DNA of 64,000 nucleotides from Psammoneis japonica (lineage: Eukaryota), in NCBI GenBank assembly GCA_008632985.1, contig QPGO01000245.1, positions 1 through 64,000 on the forward strand, written 5' to 3'. Positions 1 through 12,742 of the stretch are shown here, one piece after another; within the stretch, counting starts at the first letter, position 1; the number at the start of each line of letters is the position of its first letter. The notes beneath the pieces are model-generated. The model was not told the origin of the DNA and made no database searches. It saw only the letters and a list, made by a program, of their open reading frames with translations. The translations under genes were made by a program, and so were the position numbers.

Positions 1-398
1 CGAATCCATCGTATCAGCACCTTTTTCACCTCTCAAACGCTAGTGGTAGTCTAAGGTCCAGCAATAGAATGGCTGTAGCGCATGCAAAGGGTTTAGGGTC
101 TGCAAAATTGCGGGAAGGCCAAAGATTTTTTTTCTGGCAACAAGCAGGGCCGGCCCAGTTGGACCACAATGATGCGATGGACACATCACATCCTGTACTG
201 TCGGGCTTCCCATTATTACAGTAGCAAGGAGCTACTCAATCTCTTTTATTCTACTAGAGGTAGTCTAGTAGAGAGAGACAAGGAGAGGGTGTTTACAAAA
301 TCGGCACCTAATTGCTCAGGTTTAAAACGGATCGGAGGAGGGTTCTTTTGAAGTGTTTGCGGACCAAAGCAAGCAGTACATAGTTTCTCTCTCTAGTA

Positions 399-1360
399 CT
401 ATTCATCTTCACCGTAGCTTGGCGCTTTACGTGATTTGGGAGAGTCATCCTTTGTAGTAGTAGTACCCTTTGCTTGTTGCGCCAGCTGCTTGAGTTCAGG
501 AGGCTTATCCACCCATTCGAGTAGCTTTTGCTTTTTCATTTGATCCCAATGAATCCAAAGCATGGATCCACGCAATCCAACGTTATGCTGCACGGTCGTG
601 AGGCCATTATCATTATCAAATTCGTCACGTTGACATTCGAATCCACACTTGCTGGCGTTTGAAAGAATCCCAATCGCCGCGTCTTCCCACGGCATGTACT
701 TGGCCGTGGCCACATGGGGTAAAATGCACTGCACGTGCTTGCGAGTCAGTGCATAACCCATTCCCTGGGCGTACACGGGATACTTGTCCTTGGAGTACAT
801 GGCCTTGGGTGTGTACCAATAACTCTCCTCGTTTCGTTGTACCGTCAATCGCTTGTCGTCCAAATTACAAATACCCCAATACTGTGGCTGATGCTTGGAG
901 AGAATGCGTGAAATTTCGGGAATACCCACATAATGATCCACCAACGCAGGAGTAGTATTCTCGACGGCGTGCAAAAAGACAAGAGTCTTGTACGTGAGCA
1001 AGAGATAATCTTCCTGAATGTCAATCCACACCAAATCCCCAAAATTGTAAAATTCTTCTTGAATGTCTTCCCAAAATCCACCCACCAAAAAGAAAACACG
1101 GCCATTATGTTTTTGTTGTGCTTGTGCCCACGTGTTGCGAATGTTAAATCGTGGATCTGGTTTGGATGCATCCGAGAGAATACCAAAGACAATGACGGGT
1201 TCCGTGTTGTTGTTGTTGTTTGGATTGCAAAGTGGATATCGGTTACGGAGTGTTTTGCCCGAAATGATTGTTTTGTTTTCACCCATTTCCACCGGCACGC
1301 GTTGCTCGACTTGTGGAACCATCCTCTTGTTGGCCTCCAGAGCTTCCTTGACAAAGGCTT
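399..1360 (-). pseudogene. GT31 (beta-1,3-galactosyltransferase-like) domain; C-terminal part of the same gene, with the DxD motif missing
   Basis: GT31 motifs IRNTWA, EEFYNFGDLVWIDIQEDYLLLTYKT, YPVYAQGMGYALT and MPWEDAAIG are present. The expected KTDDD segment is absent (VENTTPALVDHYV). Confidence 0.7.
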
Positions 1361-2562
1361 GCAATGGATTGAACCACATCCAAATTGTGCAACAACACTT
1401 CAATCTCATTGTCGGGTACCTTTTGTAGTTGGAGTAGCGCCTTTTTTGGATTGGCAATGAAATCGGATTCCTTGATAAAGATACAAAAGTCCTTCATTTG
1501 AATACTCGATTGAAAGGGACCGGCATAATCTTGATAATGGTCGCTAATCACAACGGGTATACATCCGGCTCGTACAGCATAGAGAAGCGAGTGAGAATGC
1601 GGCGTGTCTCCCCGAATCACTAAACAAAACTTGGAAGATACGAAGTGCCGAATCCATTCGTCTCGTTCCATTTCCATACCAATACTGGATTTTGGAAAGT
1701 CATCCATTTGAATGTCAAAAGGAGCCTTGCGAAAGGGTGTCGAACCGTACCCAAACGGATCCCACGTGGCGTTGCGGCTGTGATAAAATACAAAATAATT
1801 GGAAGCTTTGAATTTGTCCAGGGTTGGTGTTTGGATTGCAAACGGTGCATCCACACCCAAACCAATCGAAAAGGCCTTGGTCACGGGCAATTCTTCGGGA
1901 AACAAGTAGTTGAATCCCTTTTTCTCTTTTGTTGGATTGGTCTTTTGCTGTTTCATGAGTTTCAAACACCCAAACGCATCATAGTGACTGGCCACAGTGA
2001 CATTTTCCAGGACACGATAATTCCGTGATAGAGCCGGAACGTAGGCTGCATACCGTGGATTAAAGGAAAACCATCCATACGAAACAAGCACGTGATTGTG
2101 TCCCTCTTTATAAAGTGCATGTTTGCGCAAGGCCTCGACGGCTTGATCGAAATCATGACAATCCTCCCAACGACATCCCTGTGCCACCATTTCCGAAATC
2201 AACCACGGAATAATATAAAGTTGTGCCTCGTGGGGATTGCGTGTGCGGAGTGCATGTCGTTCTAGAGCTTGCAACGTATCACGTTCGGCTTGTAAATCTT
2301 TTTCCAAATGATCCAAGCCTTCCGCATCGGGTGAAATGGGTGTCTTGACGGATCGTTTGATATTGAGAATGAGCTTGCGTGAAATGGCGTGATCCTCGTA
2401 AATGTAAAATTTGGTTTGAATATTCTTGAGAGTGTCTGTATGGGTGATGGACCATGGCCACAGCTTTTTTCGTTTGTTCGTTTGCTTCTGACGACTTCGC
2501 CAAAAGTCTTTGTGAGGCAATATTATGTAAATCATTGTCGTGTTTTCCGTTGACACGCACAT
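1279..2562 (-). pseudogene. Exostosin/GT47-family glycosyltransferase domain; N-terminal part of a probable GT47-GT31 fusion, frameshifted near 1360
   Basis: The ORF carries the GT47 signature SSKFCLVIRGDTPHSHSLLYAVRAGCIPVVISDHY and the segment RTRNPHEAQLYIIP. The reading switches frame at DVVQ.. to AFVKEALEA. Confidence 0.7.
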
Positions 2563-5523
2563 GACAGTTATTTATATTTATTGGGGCTGTTGAATGATAC
2601 ATCGTACGGTATGGTACGTACAGTACAGTACTGTACTGTACTCTATTGCATCTGGCCTGATGGAAGCGATGCTGTAACATCGCTGATTTCCGATGATTTC
2701 ACACCACCACCATGAGCGAATTGCAACACTTTGCGGCTATAATACGATCCGGACTGGAATCTCTCTCTTGTCGAAACCACCTGATACCCTTGCTTTACTA
2801 TCGCCAGGGGATCATCGGAGATGATTATGTCTTGATTTTCTCAGATAGCCTACATCCTTCAAGCGGCTCGTGGAATAAGGAATAAGTTCCGCAGCATGTT
2901 CCATGCTCTTTGTCCAGCCAGCGATACCAGGAACTCGTGCGCTTGATACTGAATATATTGGTTTCGAGTATGCAAGAGCTCCAGAACCACCCGATCACGT
3001 GGAGATCAGCTTCCAGTTGAAAGAACATTCAAGTCTCCAGATCTGGGGATCTTTCTGTATTGTATAGGATTCCACAATCTCCATGGGATTGGCTGCTTGT
3101 GCTGCGGCAGCCCCCGTCACTTACTTTGACGGCGTCTCCCATTACGAGCATGCTGTCAATACAAGCTTTGTGGGTGCTACGGATTCTATTGATGTTGATC
3201 TGATGACAGGGCCTCGTGATTTGACCACGCATATTACCAGTTGCTCAACTTTCTTCGACAAAAAGACACTGAAACCGGAAATATCACGTTTGATGCTGTC
3301 GGACGAACTTCTTTCGAGCTGGAACATGGCTTTACTGCGACGGAATAACCAGCATGCCTCCGCCTCTACCAAAGGTCCAGATGGACTACAACTACCTGAA
3401 CGGAGTACTACGTGGTATTGGCTTTGCCCTTTCGGACACTAAAAATCTTCTACATATTGCATTCGGGGTCTGAACCATCCGCTGCAGAACGGGCAGAGTC
3501 GTCAAAGCCTCAAAGCCCATTTTGTTGCTTTTCATATGCGGCGGTGTACTGTTAAAATGGGGTAAGGTATGTTCTGTTGTGTGCTTAACGGGCATCTGTG
3601 TTTTGTCGCATAAAGTGAAGACACGGCTCATACAATGTTTCCGTTGCGCACTCTTGTTTTTCTCGTTAAGGTCGGCCATTATTCCTTTGAGTTTCAATGT
3701 CAAAATTGAGAGCAAAACGAGCTGGATGTGGTATTGCAGTTCAAAGCACACCTTGGCTGTTGGTTGCTCGCACAAAGATTTCGGATGGAAATCGATTGGG
3801 ACGCTGGAAGCAACGATCGGGTAGGCTGCGGGAGTGATCGTAGCTGGGACACAATAAATAGCGGTGACGACACGGTCGAGAACCATCACCTTGAGAGCAC
3901 CTTTTTTGATCACCATGTCGAGGAAATGAACGAAGAATGCAATACCGAAGGTCACGATGAAACTGAATGTTGCTGTATGTTTTCTAATCTTGGAGGAGAT
4001 GCGACTTTGATTGCACCTCGTCCAGCTTCTGTCTCCGTGGCTCGGAGCATTATTTTTGCTCATCTTGCGAAATACCATACGTTGAGTAGAGATCCTTAAA
4101 AGAGGCAGGAAAGCCGTGGTCTTCTGTTGTGAGCGAGTATGATAGGATGCTAATGGAGTACAGGAACTGAAATCAACTGGTATTCCTATCCACAAACGAC
4201 TTGGTGATTCATTTTTACATTTCCGACTGGAGCAACTTTCAAAGCATTACAACTATGAAGTATTCTGTCTGGTGTCCGGGGTGGAATCAGGTTGACGGGT
4301 TGGAATCAGCAAGTACATGAGAGTAGTTTATTTGTTCCGCGTGTTCCCGTCTTGGCATTACTCGGTGATGTAGGGCTTGTTTTTACCGATTCGCTGCATA
4401 CTTTTTTGCGCGAGCAAACTGATCAGTTTGAAAAGGTATTTTGTCATCAAAAATCAAGATATGTACAATGCCCGAGGCATGAAAATCAAAAAGTGTATCG
4501 GAGCAGCGGGGATGGCTCGTATGCACAGAGCGAGATTTACTAGAGAAGAAGGCGCTAGATATTTGCGGTGTCCGTACATTGGGAACATCGCTATGGTCAG
4601 ATACTGCAGCATATGCCAAAATGTCATGAATGACTGCGGACGACGGTAGAGAGCTTCGAAATTTGTCAGCAAAAAAGAAACGCGTCAATGGCATCGAGAA
4701 TGTCTGCAGTGGTTGCAGGATTAATTGGTCAAGGGATTCCCACCACTGCACTAACACACCACATGCCTGAATTTGAAGGGACTAACCATCCCAGGCATGC
4801 TGGGGATGTGTTGGCCTGTTGCTTTTCGTCCCATTTGACCGAGTTCCTCTCAATCCCCGTCAAATTCTAGAAATGCGGTCACACCCACTTTAATTTTGTC
4901 GGAGACACACGTCTGCTCTCCAACCAGTGGGGTTGTAAAGCCCATGAGAAGCCCAATTATTGCACAGATGGCAAGGTGGTCGGAATCGACCAATTCCCAT
5001 GAGCAGACAGGGAAAGGAGAGAAGGCGCTCAAGCTCCATGTCAGTGTTGTCGGGGAGGAGACGATTTGCATGCTGATGGGATTAGAGGCAAAGTTCAGGC
5101 ACGGTCAACTTAGTGCATCTATTCTGGTTCTAATGGCATGTCAGCTTCTGCATTGTAAATTCTTTCTAGGCAATCGTCAAAAGATGCTCTTGGAAACTGG
5201 GTGCATCGTGTGCCTCACGCAACTTTTCAAACATCGTGCCGCCAACTAACTGCTGCGCGCGGCTCTTGCTCAGCTCATGGCATCGGCACACTCGGCAATT
5301 GACTGGATAAATCCACCGGACAAACAGTGTTGTGATCTCATTAACCGCACTTCATGAGCATCCATGTTTTGTGCCAAAGCCACCACAACATCAGCGCACC
5401 TGTGTCTGTTCCAACATTTCCAAATCCGCTGTGAAATTCTTGTCATTGCCCATGATGGAGGCTCCTGACTCAGTGTGGCAGTCAAGCAACAAGAGAGTTG
5501 TTTGGCGGCTGTGATTCCTTGCA

Positions 5524-6165
5524 CCCAAATGACATTTGATCTTTTGACAGCCAACCACATTTGGTTTGTTGCCTTCCCTGATCTGTTCTGGGGTGCCACC
5601 ATCCTCCTCCTTGATCCATGCCACTTTGGCCATCTCCCTCCTTTTGTCCAAAAGAAGCATCAACAAGGGCTCCCACTTCAGCAGCCAGCAATGTCAGCTC
5701 CAGTCATGGCAGATTGTCCAAATCCACATGAGCAGGTTTGTCAGATCCAAATGACACAGCAAAACTCTCTTTGGTTGAAGCAGGGTTGTCGCGACTTTTG
5801 TGCCAGGGAAGAGTGCAGCTGAGTGACGAGCAATGCACTTTGAAGTTGGCGGCCATGATTTCTTCCACCCAAACAACATTTGATCCTTTAACAGCCAACT
5901 GCATTTAGGCTCTTGTCTTTTCTGATCTGTTCTGGGGTGCCGCCATCCTCCTCCTCATTCCATGCCACTTCAGATGTCTCCCCTCTTTTGTCCAAAAGAA
6001 GTGCCAACAAGGGCTCCCACTTCAGCAGCAATGTCAGCTCCAGTCATGGCAGATTGTCCAAATCCACATGAGCAGGTTTGTCAGATCCAAATGCCAGCAA
6101 AACTTTCTCTGGTCATGGCAGGTTTGTGACTTTTGAGCCAGGGAAGAGCGCAGCTGAGTGAGGAG
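5524..6165. repeat. Local tandem duplication (about 340-bp unit) containing an inverted Copia RT fragment
   Basis: The segments ctgatctgttctggggtgcc and caagggctcccacttcagcag...gtttgtcagatccaaatg each occur twice. The minus strand encodes DGGTPEQIREGNKPNVVGCQKIKCH, similar to 7465-7540. Confidence 0.75.
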
Positions 6166-7199
6166 CACTGCTCTTGTCAAACTGGCAAGGTGCATCATGA
6201 ACAGTCCCAACCCATTTGGGTGCAGTTGGCTGGGGCGCAAGAGCAAAATTTTCATCCAGCTGTCAAAGTGCACAGATTTGTGGGCTGGCAGCAGGTGAGG
6301 TTGACCTGACTTTGGGTCAACCCACACAGTGGAAGCCATTCAGATTGGCACATCTTTCAAAGGTTTGCACTGCTTGGTGCATGACAAAATTGGCAACAGC
6401 ACCACCACAAGCATCAGGGCACAAGCCCAGATTGTTGGCAGGCATGCCATCAGCAGCTTCAGCTGTTGAGATGCAGTGGATGAGTGTTCATTGAGAGCTG
6501 TTTGCATGGACAATCGTGCAGTGCCAGCTGCTGGTTTGGACATCCATGATGTTGTGCCGCTGTGCAGTGGGCAACCCTGGATTGCACTGGCCCGCAGGAG
6601 CAGCTGATCATTGATCATCATGCAGAAAAGCAGCACCTTGCAAGCTTGCTGTTGTCCACACCAGCATCATGCAGGCAAGTTGTGGCCCAGCTGTTCATCA
6701 TGCAATTGGCACATTGTGCATGAAGGGGCAGCTTTGCAGAAGCTGCACAGTGTCAAATGTGGCTGTTGTCACACAGGGGCTCAATCTCCACATGGCCCTG
6801 GACTCATCTGTCACTGCCTGAGTGCTTGAACCCCATTCCTGTGCAGGTTGCAGCAATGTTCTTGCCCCACCCAAGTGCAAAAATGCTTCTCAGTTGGCTG
6901 GCCATGTGCCAGTGCCACAGAAGGTCACTCCCTGTCAGCTCTCTGTGGCTGTTTGTCAAGAGGAGAGCAGAGTGCAAAAAATGCAGCAATGTTGCTCATG
7001 CAGTTGAGAATGCACACAAGCATTTTTCAGAACTTTTGCTGCTCAACAAAGGCAGTGATGTGCCACAACCTTGCACATGTCAGCACAAGATGATGAGAAT
7101 TCCAAGACTCAACCCACTTGGCACAAACAATGCTGCAGAGATGCTGCATTTCATGACCAACTGAAGAGATGTTAAAGCCAGCTGTCAGGCACAATGTCA

Positions 7200-8260
7200 T
7201 GTTCAAAAAATTGTGACTGCAAATGTGGCAGCAAATTGCATGGCTGCACAACAGCTTGGGCACATGGTGCATTTTTGACATTGCTGGGGGATGTCAGCTG
7301 GACAAGACATCCCTGGAAAGGCTGCTGAGTGGCACACCCAGAGCCAACACTGGCAGATGGTGGTCATGGAAAAGCACTCCAGATTGGCAAGGAAGTGGGG
7401 ACAGATTGTTGGTGCAAGACCATCAACAAAGAAGCGTGGAAAGCAGATGAGGTGTGGAATGAAGATGGTCACATCCCAGAACAGATCAGAGGAGGCAAGA
7501 ACCCAGGTGTGTTTGGGTGTCAGGAGATTGGATGCCATTTTGTCTTTGATTTCAAAATGGACTTCACAAGGAAAGCAGGAAAAATTTGTGGCTGGCAAAC
7601 ACACACAGCAGAAGCTCCACTCCAAATTTTGCATGTTCAAGCATTGCGTCAAGAGACAGCACCTGCATTGGCTTGCTTTTGGCAGCTCTGAATGACTTGG
7701 AGCCACATCTTCTGTTGACTTGGAAAACATGTGTTTGAGCACACCATGGGCTGCACAGAGAAAACATGGCTTGAAGGGGGTTCAGAATGTGGCAAAACAA
7801 GAAGGGCACAAAAGGCCAGGTGCCAATTGTTGTTGGGTGAGTGCTGCATGTTTGAAAAGTGTGCTGGATGTTCTTGGTGGATGCAGCATCTCATTGCTTC
7901 TATCATCTGAGACCCAGATTGTTGGTTGACTGTGGCTGATCCTGACATCTGGATTTGTGCTGCAAAACAACCGGATGGTCATGAGCACTTTGAAATGTTG
8001 TTGTCATGTGTTGAAGATGTTGCAATTGCCTCCCATCAAGGCAATGCTGTTGTCAAACAACTCAATGCAGTTGTGAAGGTTAAACCAGGCAGCACCAGAG
8101 AATCAATGTGTTGTCTGGGAGCAGACATTGAGAAACTTCAAACCAAGGGTGAGCATGTTGTTTTGGGCAGCTCGCCAAAAAAATCACATGTTGGGGGTGC
8201 AATGAACACAGCTGAGAAGCTGTCAGAGTCAGAAAAGTTGGCCCCAACCAACGTTTTCAA
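7200..8260 (+). mobile_element. Degenerate Ty1/Copia (CoDi-like) pol fragment (RT)
   Basis: GCQEIGCHFVFDFKMDFTRKA resembles GYQEIKCHxIFDVKMDFTRKARF. DLENMCL resembles DxxNAYL. ADPDIWICAAKQPDGHEHFEMLLSCVED resembles ADPDVWxRxAxKPDGxEYYEMLxxYVDD. Confidence 0.85.
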
Positions 8261-10419
8261 GTGAGTCAAAAATGTCAGCCCCAATGAACTTTTTCTTGTC
8301 AGTCAAAAAGGTCACAACCAACCTTTAAAAGTGAGTCAAGAAGGTTGGTCTCAACCAACCTTTCCAACCAACCTTTTCATTGTCATGTGCTTGCCTGCAT
8401 GCAAAGCAACAGAGGCTGAATGACAAGAAAATGGGAAAAACTTCAAACACACAACAACACAAGATGTTTCATGCTTGAGCATCAGGGTTGTGTTCTTGCA
8501 GAAGTCATCACCAATCTTTTGACAACCAGCACAGTGCTTGAACAGCAACAAACCAGGCCTTGTGAAAGCAGTCATGTGTGAAAAGTCAGGGCTTTGGTTT
8601 TTGCAAGTTGGGCATGCTCCAGCATCAGGATGCAATGCACAAACAACAGACCATTTTTGTCAATTTGCACACAAAGCACATGTTTGTTGTGAGCAATCAT
8701 CTCAAATGTTGGCATTTAAAAAATTTGAGTGCCTTGCACAGACTGTCCAAGACTCATTTTCTCAGTTAACTGCCAGGGATGCAAATGCCCAGCACAACAC
8801 AAACAGAAAGTAGAGTGCAAATGACTGCCCATGACTGCATCAAATTTTGCCCCTTGACATCAAAGTTGGTGCCATCAGATCTGATGCATTTCTTTTCAGT
8901 TTTTGCAGGTGCCCTCTCTCTTTTTGATCAATGCCAATGAGTGACACACTTGTGAAGCAATTTCTTCATGACCTTCTTCAAGTGTTGAGAGTGGTGCTGA
9001 ACTCTGCTCATCTTGGGCTGTTTCTTGCCCCCACTCTTAAACTGTTTAACACAAAAACAACAACACATTCAAAACAGCTGCAATGCACAAATTGGCTCAC
9101 AAGTGCACAGTTGTTTCTGTTTCACACAGATCTGCTTTGACAACCAACTGCATCAAACTTTTTGTGGTGCATCAAGTGCACCTGCAATTTTTTTGCCATC
9201 AATGAGTTTGTTTCAGCAAGCACTGCACTGTGTTTTGCTGCTTCTTTTGTGACACACACTGCATCTGCTTCATGTCATCAATTGGTGCCACCCAAGCAGC
9301 TGGTGCAAAGCTGTTTGAAAGAAGTTGTCAGTGGAAAGGGTCATTCCTGCACAGACAGTGGAGATCACTCTCAGGTCACAAGCCTTGCTTTTACTTGGTG
9401 CAAGGAGGGGCCATGCCACACCGTGAAACAACAAAACAACTTCAGTGGCCATTGTCAAAAACCAGCAGTGAGCATTTGCAATGCACCCACTTTCCTCTGT
9501 TGACACCATTGATGTGCCATTGCCGTTCATCATGTCACTTTTGTCAGTGTCGCCAGACAACATTTAATGTGGCTGTGGCATGGCACACACTCTGCTTGCA
9601 CAGCAAACCTGTGTGAGGTGCACTGTCAAAGATTCAACATCAGCTGCCCTGTGCACAGTTTGATTTCTTTCAGTGCAACAACATCAAGATGGTCCTTGCA
9701 AACAGCACCTGTTTGAAGATGGCGTTGTTCTGGTGAGCAAAATTGTCATTGATGCAAGCCTCTCCATCCTTGGCATCAGGAGCTCAAGATGGCAATTTGC
9801 CAACTTCCACTGCAACCAACACTCTGTGTGGACTCCCAGCTGTCTCTGCTCCACCGGCCAACATTGTTGCTGCACATGATGTGACTCACCCCATTGTTGG
9901 GTTGCATCCCACAGCAACAGCTCCATCCCATGCTGCTGCCAACACAAACCTGGAACCCACCCACATTCCAGCCTCCAATGCCTTCGCTGCTTTCCAGAAG
10001 GCTGCCACCACCTTGCTCAGCCACAGACACATGTGGGCCCAGAATTTCTCATGCCAAGTTAACACCCCTGCCCACACTGCCACTCTGTCAGCAACTGCTT
10101 GGCCAGTTGCTTCTTGTTCTTTTTCAGCAAAAAACAAGACTGACCCATTTGCCACTTTTAAGATTGCTTTGGGCAAGCTTGACAAGCCAATTGAGTGCAA
10201 GGAGGCTGGTGTTTTGCTGTTGACCAAGCAGCCATTGCACGTGTTGTGAACAAGGTGACTGCTGCAACAAAAATGCACTCCCTTGCTTGATGCTCATCAA
10301 CATGTTGCATGTTGTGAGCTTCCATCTGTGCACCACATGCAGAGGATGACTTCTCTGCACACCATGAATGAGGCAAATTGATCCATTGTCTTTTCTAGGA
10401 AGTCAGTCGTCCCAGATTC

Positions 10420-11300
10420 CACTCACCCCAACCCTGCCAATGTCACAAGCCTTCCATTGTCAGGGGTTGTGCTGCTTGGAGTTGTTGTCAGTTGTTGCCT
10501 TGGCTGCTCCCTGGTGACTTGCTGCTGCCACATTGGCGCTGCTCTGGCCACCCACCTGTGATTTCCTCTTGGATTGGGCAAGGTCTGGAAGGCCTCCCGA
10601 CATTGTGCTTTGGCGTCATGCCAGCTGTGACCTCCCAGCTTGCTTTCCCACTCATGCTCAAGCAACCTCTTGGTCTGTCAATTGTTGATTGCCCAACATT
10701 TGGTTGGGACAAATTGCACATTGTTGGGTGCAGAAATGGGCTCATTGCCCTGCCGGCCAATTTTTTTGCCAACAAACGGAGTTTTTTTTTGCTGGTGGCA
10801 AGCCCAATGCATGTGCATGGACACCAACACACATTGTCTTTGGCAATCAACACTTGTGCATTGTGCACTCATCATGTCACAACATGTGAAAAATGTGCAC
10901 ACTCTGCACACAATGACCCACACAATGTGAAGAGTTCATGTGCAATTGTGTGCCTTGAAGCACGAATGTTTGATTTTTCTAATTTTCCATGACCTTTCAA
11001 AACACAACGACAATGGCAACCATGAGTGCAACATGCCCCATCAATGACCAGAAACTCACCATGACACTGACACATGTCAACAGCTCCTGATTGATTTTGC
11101 ATGTCTGTGGCTTCTTGCTGTGCTTTGAAATTGATTGATTGCAGTGAAAACAGCTAAAATGTTCAATTTTTTTGCCCATTGCTTTTCAACTGCATGAGTC
11201 ATCAACAACAAGCCTGTTGCACTCTCATGTGCAAATTCCGCTGTGCACAAGTTCACAAGATGTGACATGCTGTTGATTCTTGTGGCTCTTCAAGGTGACA
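10420..11300 (-). mobile_element. Degenerate Ty1/Copia RT fragment of a second family
   Basis: AKDNVCWCPCTCIGLATSKKKLRLLAKKLA resembles AKDGYVYxEIxKGMYGLPQAGxLANxLL. Flanking fragments resemble the TG..EYRxL / WxxxxxNExGRL and LxWDY..ISMPGYV segments. Heavily decayed. Confidence 0.55.
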
Positions 11301-12583
11301 CCACCATTGAAAAAATGGTGACCACTGAGTTGCCATGGTTGTGATGTGGTTTCCTCAGTTTTTGGCTGCCGCATGCCGTGTGCAGGGCCCCACCCATGGC
11401 AACCAAAAGTGAGCTGTGCTTGTTGAGTTAGCACGGCCACCACTTTGCGCATCATGTGCCCACCACTCTCAGCCGGCGGGGCTGACAGCAAAAAAAATCA
11501 TGATTTGGCAAAAAAAAAGAAACTCCTCAGGCTCATTGCTCCTCTTTTGCCATCTGTCTGTCTGGCAGCCATGACTCTCACCACTTCTTTTTTGCACCGG
11601 AAGATCTTCAACCCTGTTTTTACCAGGCTTTTGACTCTCCTGGTGTGTGTGTGTGTGTGTGNNNNNNNNNNNNNNNNNNGGGGGGGGAGGGGGTGTCAGT
11701 GTGATGGGTCACTCTCAGAAATTGTCAAAAAACAGCCGGGCCCACACTCTGTCATGGCAACTTGTGCAAGAAAACATGTGTCACTTTGCACAGAATTCTG
11801 TGCACATGGCTCAAAGCATGCAGCTGTTTTCACATGTGGTTTGCCAACATGAACAAATTTGTTGCTGGCTCAAAGGCATTCTTTGTGTGTGCAGCAAAAA
11901 TGCAAGCTGCTGCCAGCTTCCAACTTTGTGGCCTGAAGAACAAGAACTCCCAACAAGTCAATTGTTTGCAAAGCTGGGTGTTTTTGTGAACTTGTTTGCT
12001 CATGAAGATGGACAAAAATTTGCTCTCAAGATTGGCAAACCACTGTGTTGCAGTGCTGCTCAAGCAACAACATGAAAACATGTGGGAGGAGCACAGCAGC
12101 TTGTTGCTTTGGCTGTGTGAGGGGCAGGGTTGTCTCTTGTTGACATTGTTTTGGTTCAGCAAGTTTGTCCCTGGCTCAGTGGCCACACAAAGGCTTTGGC
12201 TGTGATTCAAACAAGTGTGCCCCCCATTGAGAGCAACACAACTGACCCTGAACCATCTCTTCCTTGCTTGACAAACAAAATGTTGACAGCTGTGAAACAG
12301 ACAGTTGTTGCCAAACACAACACCCTTGTTTGTCGCTTGTTGCAATGACATGTGAGACCTGCGGTGGGAAGGCAGAGCCAACAACAAGTCCAAAGTCACA
12401 CATTGTTTGCACAAAGGCACAGACAAAGAGCACAAAACAAATGTGTGAATTTTCACCAACAATGCCTCTTGACAATGAAACCAAGCAAAGCTCCAGCCAC
12501 TGCCACTGGTGCAAAGAATGGCTTTCTTGTGTCTTTTCTCCAGCCAGCCTTGCTTTTTCCCTGCTGGCTTGTGGCAGCACAAA

Positions 12584-12742
12584 ACAGAAATTGAATGAGA
12601 TTCAGTGGCAAGACAAACAATGCTTCTCACTGCTGTTTTTCATGATGCATGGAGCTGAGAGCACACACAGCTGTGTGCAACAGCCAAACACACTGCGCGC
12701 AAAAAGTCACAAACAACTAAAATCGTGTTCAAATCCTGTCAC
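12584..12742 (-). repeat. 3' LTR relic of the Copia element
   Basis: The blocks acagaaattgaatgag..gtggcaagacaa..ttctc, tgatgcatg..agagcacacaca and gttcaaatcctgt align with 17574-17795. Confidence 0.75.

Noticed and set aside
2825..4690. Possible gene or transposase relic (ORFs 3083-3442, 3392-4195, 3728-4099, 4292-4649)
   Set aside because: Composition is normal but the ORFs are fragmented and I recognise no family motif, so the region is left uncalled.
11642..11695. (GT)n / N-gap / poly-G junction as a biological boundary or telomere (also 29588-29683 and about 48240)
   Set aside because: The first two are scaffold gaps at simple repeats and the third is a plain T/G run. No telomeric repeat array is visible, and adjacency across the gaps is unverified.
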